Below are positions 1 through 8,004 of a stretch of DNA of 26,179 nucleotides, piece by piece; the stretch's first letter is position 1, and each line of letters opens with the position of its first letter. A model generated the notes under the pieces. That model saw nothing but the letters and a program-made list of their open reading frames with translations, was not told where the DNA came from and made no database searches. Source of the stretch: Promethearchaeota archaeon. Its GTDB lineage: Archaea; Asgardarchaeota; Lokiarchaeia; Sigyniarchaeales; SOKP01. The stretch spans positions 1 to 26,179 of the forward strand of contig JAEOTP010000065.1 in assembly GCA_016839765.1 (NCBI GenBank). Direction: 5' to 3'. The position numbers and the translations under genes are program-made.

Positions 1-2
1 AT

Positions 3-1001
3 AAAAAATATAATGAGATGTATGATTTAGGAATCGAAAGTGGGATTCCTAGCGATTTTTGTTACGGAATTAAAAGTTTGTATGGTATGCATACGAGCAA
101 AATTAAGAATGTAGAAGCTACATTAAATTTCACAATCCGCTGCAGTGCGTGGAATAAATATTTAGAGTCGTTAAAAACTATTGAAAATACATCTCAACAA
201 ATCTGGGTTGATATACCACCAAGAAATATAGGGAATGCGTTAGAAATCTTAACAGAGAATCTCTCAAAAGCTACGGAAAAACTTGAATCAATTACTGGTA
301 AAAGTGTTTCAGATAATGATATAAGAACTCATTTTCAAATTGGAAATCAGGTAAAAAAATCTTATAAAACAATATTATATGAAATTAGCACTTCAGATTT
401 TTATCCATGCAATCCAGCAACATTCAGCGAAATTTTAGCCCTATTAAGCATAACTTTCCAAGATTACAATTCTGATGCTAAAAGATATGCTGAAAATTTA
501 TCATTTTTAGTAAATGAAATGAGAGAAAGGATTAGAAAAGGTATAGGTATGGATGTATCGAAAAGACCAAAAATCTTAGTTACTCCTATGTTTGGCGGGT
601 GGGAGCCAACCATTCATGAGATAGTTTTTGAGGGAGGAGGAAGAGCGATATATGCGGACTGGGATATTCTATATCTTCTAGAGGAAATTAATGTATCAAG
701 TAATTCAAATCCCCTTGAAGAATACGCTCGATTTCTGTTAAAAGCAACTGAACATGGTATTGGATGTGATAATAATACTTTAACTAACTCTTATATGAGA
801 ATAGCAAAAAAATTAGATGCTGATGGTCTTGTTTTTATTCAATTATTTGGTTGTCATTCTGTTTCAAATTGTTATGCCATGCTAAAAGAAAAAATACGAC
901 GAGAACTTGAAATTCCTTCCATTGCTTTGACTTTCAATAAGATCGGTGAAAATATCGAGCAGGTTAAAACTCGTTTAGGAGCATTTATGGAGATGTTTTA
1001 A
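3..1001 (+). CDS. 2-hydroxyacyl-CoA dehydratase subunit family (HgdA/B, FldB/C, BcrB/C-like) Fe-S protein, 5'-truncated by window edge
   Basis: Family Cys pattern: GIPSDFCYG, IRCSAW, QLFGCHS; C-terminal 'EQVKTRLGAFMEM' matches the family's typical 'Q..TR..AF.E' end. The frame is open from base 3 (KKYNE-M) and matches paralog residues DKYNKM, so ATG 18 is internal and the true start lies upstream of the window. Confidence 0.85.
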   Translation, partial: KKYNEMYDLGIESGIPSDFCYGIKSLYGMHTSKIKNVEATLNFTIRCSAWNKYLESLKTIENTSQQIWVDIPPRNIGNALEILTENLSKATEKLESITGKSVSDNDIRTHFQIGNQVKKSYKTILYEISTSDFYPCNPATFSEILALLSITFQDYNSDAKRYAENLSFLVNEMRERIRKGIGMDVSKRPKILVTPMFGGWEPTIHEIVFEGGGRAIYADWDILYLLEEINVSSNSNPLEEYARFLLKATEHGIGCDNNTLTNSYMRIAKKLDADGLVFIQLFGCHSVSNCYAMLKEKIRRELEIPSIALTFNKIGENIEQVKTRLGAFMEMF

Positions 1002-1036
1002 AAATTCTTTAACTAGTTTATATGTTAAATTGGTAA

Positions 1037-2143
1037 TTATACATTAATTGCTAATTTTTGCCGTGATTCCACATCAAGGAATTTCTCTTCAGCTATGCGG
1101 TTTTTGATATATTTTTTCAGGTTTAGTTTCTCGATAGTTCGTCCTTCTTTCCAGAAGTTAATACAACATAAAATTGACGATAAATTAATTACAGAATCTA
1201 TAATTGGTGTTCTAATTCCTAAAAATTTAGCTAATGATGATATTGGAACTAATCCAGTTGGTACATCTTCAGTAAAGTAGCGTGTAACCAATGTTTTTGG
1301 TGCCTTAATATTATCATAAGCTTGAACATTCTGAATTGCTTCGTAAATACTATTTGAATCTACATTATAGCATTGTTTTACCCAGTCACAATATCTAAAT
1401 TGTTTTAATGCTAACTTAGCAAAAATGTCATTTAATTCCACCTCAATAGCTTCAAGAACTGCACAGGAACGTTGGGTTACACCTTCTTTATAAAATTTAA
1501 ATTCTTTCCCGTAATCCATAGCGCTTGCATTCATCAAAGAAAGTGTTGGATGAAGTAGCATTCCTATATTGTTTAATGTTACCTCTAAATAATTATTTTT
1601 TGGATTTAATTGGGGAAATACATCTTTTAAAGTATCGTAGATAAAAAAGTTATGTTTTTCTGGAAAAGCACAAAATTCAATAGAATCCTTGATTTTCAAG
1701 ATCCTTACTCCATTTTTCTTCAATTGTCTTGAAGTAAAAAGTAGAGTCTGAGTCTCAGCAATAAACAATGGCATATTTCCCATTTTTCTTTCAATAGTTC
1801 TTTGGAATTCAACTGCTCCAAAAGTTCTTCCAGGATTTAATATTATAATTTGGTCAGAAGACAAAAATGGAGCAATTTTTTCAGCAATTTCTTTATGAGC
1901 TGAAGCCGGCGTAACTATTAGAATTACATCAGAATCCTTCAAAGAAAATTCAAAATCTTGTGTAACAAAATCAATTGGAAAAAATCCTTTAAGTTCTCCT
2001 TTAGCTTTAATCCCTCCTTTCTTTTTTATATCACTTATCCTTGTAAAAGATCGATTATAAAGATTTACTGAGTATCCTTTTGATGATAAATAAGCTGCAA
2101 ATGCTCTACCTCCACTTCCAGCACCTATTATACAAAACCTCAC
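1037..2143 (-). CDS. NAD(P)-dependent opine (octopine/nopaline) dehydrogenase family protein
   Basis: N-terminal Rossmann IIGAGSGG; 'LNPGRTFGA', 'AETQTL', 'LNNIGMLLHP' (His) and 'RYFTEDVPTGL' (Asp) motifs typical of opine dehydrogenases. GTG start overlaps the upstream TGA (GTGA, 2140-2143). Confidence 0.9.
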   Translation of the reverse strand: MRFCIIGAGSGGRAFAAYLSSKGYSVNLYNRSFTRISDIKKKGGIKAKGELKGFFPIDFVTQDFEFSLKDSDVILIVTPASAHKEIAEKIAPFLSSDQIIILNPGRTFGAVEFQRTIERKMGNMPLFIAETQTLLFTSRQLKKNGVRILKIKDSIEFCAFPEKHNFFIYDTLKDVFPQLNPKNNYLEVTLNNIGMLLHPTLSLMNASAMDYGKEFKFYKEGVTQRSCAVLEAIEVELNDIFAKLALKQFRYCDWVKQCYNVDSNSIYEAIQNVQAYDNIKAPKTLVTRYFTEDVPTGLVPISSLAKFLGIRTPIIDSVINLSSILCCINFWKEGRTIEKLNLKKYIKNRIAEEKFLDVESRQKLAINV

Positions 2144-3894
2144 TCATGCATCACCTTTGGAATAGATTTCTTAGATTGAATTCTTAAAGCTGTTGATGAT
2201 AATTCAGGAACTTTTGAAAAAATATCTTTTATTCTTTCTATTTCATCGTATTTTTTCTGACGAATATCATCCCATGAATAACAAGCTCCGTCAATTATTT
2301 TTGTTTTTATTCTACCTCTTGCGAACTTGTTGTTTTTGAAATGAGCTGCGTCAAATATGCTATATTTTACAAGTCTATTTAAAACTTTATAATTTATGTA
2401 TGGATTTTTTCGTTCATCTTTAGTCTTTACTAATTTGGGGATGATATCAATAATCCATTTTGCTTGTTCAATTAATTCATTTTTTCTTTTCTGAATAGCT
2501 TTATTAATAAAATTGATTTTACTAGAATAAGTACGACTTATAACCTGATCTACAATTTTACAACTTTCAATTACGTCTTCAGGGCGAGCAGCATGACTAG
2601 CTTCAGAATAACTTACTACATGAACAATATCGGGTTTGATGGTTAACTGAACCATTGTTGCTGCCGCAAGCTGACCTTTTGCTCTATCTAAATCTAAAGG
2701 GAGACTGGCTAATCCTGTTCGAACTTGGCGAATCAGTTTAAAACTCCCATCTGTTAAAGTTTGAAGTAATTCATCTTTAGCCAAAATTTTAGCTAAATCC
2801 ATGTCAAAACTACTTGAAGGAGGGGTATTAAACATATATTGTGCAATAAAATGTTTAACACCTAATTTTTTGGCAATTATCCCACATAAATACATATCTG
2901 CTACAGCTATGGCGTCAGGCGCATCTCTAAGACTCCATTGATGGGGATCATTAATCTCTACAGGAATATTGTTTTTACCATGCCATTTTATTGCTTTTAA
3001 ATGTTGCTTTATAGATTCCTTTAAAGATAAAGGACCTCTACCATCCATTTGGTTAAACCAAAATAGAGGAATAGCTGCCCATGCATTTTGAATTGTTTCT
3101 TGATATAATTTTCCTAATTTTATAAAATCGCGTGTCCCAGCATAAATCCTTAACATCGGGAAATTACCAGTTAATTTGGCTTGGTGTAATTTAATAAAGT
3201 CTTCTCGAGACCTTAAAGGTACACCTCCAGCTCCAGATAATTCTTTCACTTGATCTTCAGGATGGAAATAATTTGCTTGTGTATTTTGATCTGGTGCGAT
3301 TGATATAACATCTAGGATTTTAGCATTAGCAATTCTCTTTATTCCATTAAGAGTTTTCTTATAGTCTGATAATCCAAAATGAGCTCTAATGATAGGATAG
3401 GGCTTCTTCCATTGTATACGCGAGATTAAATCCATTGGAATATCTGATTTGGTATCAAATGTTTGTTCCTGATTTCTTAGAATCGATATTAAATCAAATT
3501 TAGATTCCCCGCCTATAAAAAACGCGTCAAATTGTTTATATCTTTTGGCAATCTTAACAACTTCTGGAGTTCCTGCAAAAAATAATCTTTCAGGTTTTTC
3601 TTTCAATTCTTTATATTTTTTAAAAAATTGTTTAAGTACAGGTTGGACTGTTTTAGGAGTTAAGCGATAACTCAGTCCAACTATGTGTGGATGATGGATT
3701 TTAATTTGACTAATAACATCTAAGATAGGGGTTGCAGGTCCTAGAAAAAAACATTTATAACCTAATTGTTTTGAAATTTGCATAAAATTATAAACACCTG
3801 CTACATGAACACATTGACCTATACAAGCCGTTAAAATCCATTTTTCATGTTTATTCTCTATGTTGTTTTGATTTTTCTTTATCAATTTATTCAC
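2140..3894 (-). CDS. Cobalamin-binding protein: N-terminal B12 Rossmann domain fused to a glutamate-mutase-E-like TIM barrel (putative AdoCbl-dependent mutase, substrate unknown)
   Basis: Residues ~18-140: C-V-H-V-A-G (DxHxxG variant), 'LG' and 'VGLSYRL' motifs of base-off/His-on B12 domains. Residues ~167-455 follow GlmE motif order by recall (see findings). GTG start at 3894; a TTG three codons downstream, after a GGAGTGA SD-like element, is an alternative start. Confidence 0.8.
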   Translation of the reverse strand: MNKLIKKNQNNIENKHEKWILTACIGQCVHVAGVYNFMQISKQLGYKCFFLGPATPILDVISQIKIHHPHIVGLSYRLTPKTVQPVLKQFFKKYKELKEKPERLFFAGTPEVVKIAKRYKQFDAFFIGGESKFDLISILRNQEQTFDTKSDIPMDLISRIQWKKPYPIIRAHFGLSDYKKTLNGIKRIANAKILDVISIAPDQNTQANYFHPEDQVKELSGAGGVPLRSREDFIKLHQAKLTGNFPMLRIYAGTRDFIKLGKLYQETIQNAWAAIPLFWFNQMDGRGPLSLKESIKQHLKAIKWHGKNNIPVEINDPHQWSLRDAPDAIAVADMYLCGIIAKKLGVKHFIAQYMFNTPPSSSFDMDLAKILAKDELLQTLTDGSFKLIRQVRTGLASLPLDLDRAKGQLAAATMVQLTIKPDIVHVVSYSEASHAARPEDVIESCKIVDQVISRTYSSKINFINKAIQKRKNELIEQAKWIIDIIPKLVKTKDERKNPYINYKVLNRLVKYSIFDAAHFKNNKFARGRIKTKIIDGACYSWDDIRQKKYDEIERIKDIFSKVPELSSTALRIQSKKSIPKVMHE

Positions 3895-4359
3895 TCCCTA
3901 GAAATGTAAATATATTCCTATAAACCATTTATTACAAACATAAATTATTGATTTTCAATCGGTTTATAGAATTAACCGCAGCGATTTATTATAATCACTT
4001 TAATTATATCAGACGTATATTTTTGATCTTTTGAATATTTATTTTGATATAATTTTGAATTTCTAAAGTCCATTGTAAGGATATATTCTATTTCATATAC
4101 ATCAAATAAAATATATAAATTTTAGTATATTTTTATTAAAAATGGGAAGCATCTGGTAATTTTTCAAATATATTTATAAATAAATTTAAAGATTTTTATT
4201 AAAAAATCTTCTATTTAATTAAAATAAAATAAAACTAAAATTTTTAAAGTTCATAAATAAAAAGCTCTCATAAATTTTATTATAAAATCATGATTACTTT
4301 TAAATTATAATTAATTAAAAGTCGACAGTTTTTATTAAATCTAAGGAGTACCACCAAAA
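3895..4359. promoter_or_regulatory. Divergent promoter region between the B12 mutase/opine dehydrogenase operon and the dehydratase paralog
   Basis: 465-bp extremely AT-rich non-coding gap between divergent starts, with several TATA-like boxes (e.g. TTTATAAA); AAGGAG at 4343-4348 upstream of ATG 4360. Exact promoter positions cannot be assigned. Confidence 0.55.
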
Positions 4360-5712
4360 ATGAGCATTTACGCTGAGGATGTCGTCAGTTTTACATCTGT
4401 TTTAAAAATGTCCTACAATTTTTTATCTGGTAGAGATTATGTAAAAAAAAGAAAAACTCGTGAGAGAAAAAAAATAATATCAGTGGCATTAGGTTTTCCT
4501 GATTTAGTATTTGCAGCTAACGCAATCCCTGTTTTTCCTATTAGAATGGAATCATTTAAAGTTGATGCTCTTTTAATAGCATTGAATTCTGCTACGAGTG
4601 TTTTAGGTTGGGATTTAACTTCAAAAGTTCTAGACATTGCTAAACGATTTGATGTATTAAAAATCGTTGATAAAATTTTAGATGATGTTATAAAATCTGT
4701 AAATGATAAATATAATAAAATGTATGATATAGGAACTGAAAATGGAATTCCTTCAGATTTATGTTATGGTGTTAATGCTCTTTATGGAATGCACAAATCA
4801 GTAGGAACACAAATAGATGCAAACTTAAATTTTGCTATGAGATGTGGAGAATGGAATAAATACTCTGAATCGTTAAAAACATTGGTGCCAAACCAAGTTT
4901 GGATAGATATTCCTCCAAAAGAAATTGAAGATGAGGCTAAAAGATTAGATATAATGAGGAATAATGTCCAAAAAGCCATTACAGAATTAGAAAACATTAC
5001 AGGTAATTATGTCTCTGATGAGAGTTTGAAAAAGCAATTTCGAATCGGAAATCAAGTAAAAAGATTTTATAAAACTATATTATATGAAATTAATACAAGT
5101 AATTTTTATCCTTGCAATCCTGCTGTATATGCAGAGATTTTAGCATTGTTAACAATTTCTTTTCAAGACTATAATTCTAATGCTCAGAGATATCTAGAGA
5201 ATTTGAGTCAATTAGTTAAAGAAATGAGGGAAAGGATAAAAAAAGGTATAGGAATGGATGTCTCAAATAGGCCTAACTTACTTTTTTCCCCAATGTTTAG
5301 TGGATGGGAACCAACCGTTCATGAGATAGTTTTTGAGTTAGGAGGGAGAGTTATTTATGCAGATTGGGAAATTTTAGGATTGCTTGAAGAAATTCCTGTC
5401 TCCAATAATTCAGATCCTGTTGAGGAATATGCTAAATTTCTTTTGAAAGCCTCAAAAAAGGGAATAGGATGCAATATAAATAATTTAAAGAACTCATATC
5501 TAAAAGCAGCTAAGGAAATGAAGGTTAATGGGATAATTTTTAACCAGGTATACGGATGTCCTTCTATATCCAATATTTATGACAATTTAAAGGAAGAAAT
5601 CACACAAGAACTTGATATTCCAGCAATTGGAATTACTTTCAAAAAAATTGGAGAAAATGTAGAAGAAATCAAAAATCAGTTAAGACCGTTTATGGATAAG
5701 TTTAATAAGTAA
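4360..5712 (+). CDS. 2-hydroxyacyl-CoA dehydratase subunit family Fe-S protein (paralog of 3..1001)
   Basis: 'PDLVFAANAIPV' N-terminal family motif; Cys in PSDLCYG (C135), MRCGEW (C162) and QVYGCPS; long identical blocks shared with ORF 3..1001. Confidence 0.85.
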   Translation: MSIYAEDVVSFTSVLKMSYNFLSGRDYVKKRKTRERKKIISVALGFPDLVFAANAIPVFPIRMESFKVDALLIALNSATSVLGWDLTSKVLDIAKRFDVLKIVDKILDDVIKSVNDKYNKMYDIGTENGIPSDLCYGVNALYGMHKSVGTQIDANLNFAMRCGEWNKYSESLKTLVPNQVWIDIPPKEIEDEAKRLDIMRNNVQKAITELENITGNYVSDESLKKQFRIGNQVKRFYKTILYEINTSNFYPCNPAVYAEILALLTISFQDYNSNAQRYLENLSQLVKEMRERIKKGIGMDVSNRPNLLFSPMFSGWEPTVHEIVFELGGRVIYADWEILGLLEEIPVSNNSDPVEEYAKFLLKASKKGIGCNINNLKNSYLKAAKEMKVNGIIFNQVYGCPSISNIYDNLKEEITQELDIPAIGITFKKIGENVEEIKNQLRPFMDKFNK

Positions 5713-5719
5713 AATATAA

Positions 5720-6289
5720 TTATTTTTTGAATAAATCTGAAGGCTTCATAAGATGGGGTTCATCTTCGTCTTCGTCTTTCTTCTTTTTCTTTGGCACATA
5801 ACCATACAATTCAGGTTCTTGAGCAGGTTTGGTTCCGGTAATTGGCGAAGGAGTAAGACTAATATCTGCCGTTATTTGTTCAGGTTGTTGTCCCACTGAA
5901 ACTGTTGGAGTATATGCCCCTGGACTTGCCTGAATTGCCGAAGATTTCAATATCTTTAACTCACTTAAAACTTTTTCTAAATTCATAGTCTGAACGCTCT
6001 TATTCATGGTATCCATGATTTCTTGTAAAGATTTGGATGTTTCCCTAAGGCCTTTAGGATTAATCCCTGTAAGAAGGGAATCTAAATTATTATTAATATT
6101 CTCATTTAACTCTTTCAATGATTCCAAAACAGTAGACCAGTGTTTGTTCATTTGAGATTCGATAGCACTAATCATTTTAATAGTTTCGTTCATGAAATTA
6201 ACGTGAGCTTCATAACGCTCTTCATCCTTAGCCCGAAGGTCCGAAATAAGCATTATTAGCTTTTTTAATGCTTCTTTTTCTTCACTCAT
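5720..6289 (-). CDS. Hypothetical protein: N-terminal coiled coil, Pro/Thr/Gln-rich linker, charged C-terminal tail
   Basis: 189-aa ORF with ATG start filling the gap; heptad-like E/K/L/M-rich helices in the first ~115 aa; tail KKKKKDEDEDEPHLMKPSDLFKK. Confidence 0.75.
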   Translation of the reverse strand: MSEEKEALKKLIMLISDLRAKDEERYEAHVNFMNETIKMISAIESQMNKHWSTVLESLKELNENINNNLDSLLTGINPKGLRETSKSLQEIMDTMNKSVQTMNLEKVLSELKILKSSAIQASPGAYTPTVSVGQQPEQITADISLTPSPITGTKPAQEPELYGYVPKKKKKDEDEDEPHLMKPSDLFKK

Positions 6290-6511
6290 TTTTACAACAT
6301 TAAATCTTATATTTTTTTTATTATAGTAAAGATTATTCTAAAATATATATGTATTTATATTTAAATAAATCTTACAGTGTTCCAAGTTAATTTTTAGTTT
6401 TTATACACGCAGATTCTTTGAGATTCTTTTGAAATTGAAATTATTTTATAAGCAAAGAGAAATAAATTATACTCATTATACTATAAAATAGATTTTAAGC
6501 GAAGTTTTACT

Positions 6512-7996
6512 ATGTCAAAACAAAAATTAAAATGGCCTAAACATCCCAGAATTATTGAAATAAACACTTGGCCATGGTTGCACTCTTTATCTGAAATTCA
6601 TGGACATAAAATTGATTTAAGTAATATCCCTGTCCAGTTAATTGATCAAGAGTTGAAGTTTTTTGATGCTGTTTGGTTAATGGGTGTATGGGAAAGAAGT
6701 CCTAGAGGAAGAGATATTGCACTTCAACATGAAGGCTTACAGAAAGAATACCATAAAGCTCTAGATTATTATAATACTGATGATGTTATTGGTTCTCCAT
6801 ATTCGATATATTATTATCATGTAAATTCTTATCTGGGAGGTCCTGAAGCATTAGCTTCTTTTCGTAGGGAATTAAATGAACGCGATTTATTATTGATTTT
6901 GGATTATGTCCCTAATCATGTTGCTGTTGATCATTTGTGGACATTAGAAAAGTCAGATGTTTTTATTAAAGGAACGCTGGATGATTTAATGAGTAAACCA
7001 TTTGAATTTTTCTCGGTGGGTAAGGATGTTTATGCACATGGCCGAGATCCTAATTTCCCCCCTTGGACAGATACAGTTCAAATCAATGCATTCTCCTCTG
7101 AAGCTCGACAAAAAGCGATCAACACTACACTTACTATTGCGAGACAGTGTGATGGTATTCGCTGTGATATGGCAATGTTAATGACAAATAATGTATTTAG
7201 TAAAACCTGGGGAGAAAAAGCAGGGATACAACCAAAAAATGAATTTTGGGAAGATATAATACCTAAAGTTAAAGAAGAATATCCAGAATTCAAATTTTTG
7301 GCAGAAGTATACTGGAATTTGGAGTGGGAGCTTCAACAACAGGGATTTGACTATTGTTATGATAAAAAACTATATGAACGCTTAGCTAATGAGAGTGCTC
7401 AAACAGTGAGGGAGCATCTTCAAGCAGATTGGAATTATCAGAGGAAATTATTACGCTATATAGAGAATCATGATGAGCAGCGAGCTGTAGCTGTTTTCGG
7501 AGAAGAAGCTTCTATGGCAGCAGCCTTGATTACATTGACTTTACCGGGAGCAAGGTTAGTTTTTGAAGGTCAAACCCATGGGCTTGAGAAAAAATTACCA
7601 GTTCAATTAGGAAGGTATCCTACAGAACCAGATAACATTAAAATTATGGAATTTTATGATAAGTTATTAAAATTTATTCCAGGTAAGGAATTTGAGAATG
7701 CAAATTGGTCATTATGCAATGTAAATCCAGTTGATGATAATTCTTTTAATAATATTATAGCATATCAATGGTGGACAGACAAAGAGAGATTATTAATTGT
7801 TGTCAACTATAGTATACGTCATTCTAAGGCTCACATTATTTTAAAAGAACTGGATTTTGGAACTTCTAATTGGAGTTTTATTGATTTATTTAACCAAAAG
7901 GAGTATTCTTATAACAGTCAGGACCTCAAGGAAAATGGATTATATACAGAATTAGAAGCGTGGAAAGGGCATATTTTTCAAATTAAAAAGTTATAA
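6512..7996 (+). CDS. Glycoside hydrolase family 13 (alpha-amylase-like), cytoplasmic
   Basis: GH13 conserved regions: LDYVPNH (I), GIRCDMA (nucleophile Asp), LAEVYW (acid/base Glu), YIENHDE (Asp); no signal peptide. Confidence 0.93.
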   Translation: MSKQKLKWPKHPRIIEINTWPWLHSLSEIHGHKIDLSNIPVQLIDQELKFFDAVWLMGVWERSPRGRDIALQHEGLQKEYHKALDYYNTDDVIGSPYSIYYYHVNSYLGGPEALASFRRELNERDLLLILDYVPNHVAVDHLWTLEKSDVFIKGTLDDLMSKPFEFFSVGKDVYAHGRDPNFPPWTDTVQINAFSSEARQKAINTTLTIARQCDGIRCDMAMLMTNNVFSKTWGEKAGIQPKNEFWEDIIPKVKEEYPEFKFLAEVYWNLEWELQQQGFDYCYDKKLYERLANESAQTVREHLQADWNYQRKLLRYIENHDEQRAVAVFGEEASMAAALITLTLPGARLVFEGQTHGLEKKLPVQLGRYPTEPDNIKIMEFYDKLLKFIPGKEFENANWSLCNVNPVDDNSFNNIIAYQWWTDKERLLIVVNYSIRHSKAHIILKELDFGTSNWSFIDLFNQKEYSYNSQDLKENGLYTELEAWKGHIFQIKKL

Positions 7997-8004
7997 TTTT
8001 TTCT

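Noticed and set aside
18-20. ATG 18 as the start of the first gene
   Set aside because: The frame is open to the window edge and the paralog has about 120 more N-terminal residues; this is truncation by the window, not a short gene or pseudogene.
2140-3894. Annotation as methionine synthase, corrinoid methyltransferase protein or B12-radical SAM enzyme
   Set aside because: No four-helix cap, no homocysteine/pterin/reactivation domain and no CxxxCxxC motif; the C-terminal region instead follows glutamate mutase E motifs.
3895-4359. Cobalamin riboswitch upstream of the B12 gene
   Set aside because: The region is nearly pure AT with no capacity for the required GC-rich stems, and no B12-box consensus is visible on the minus strand.
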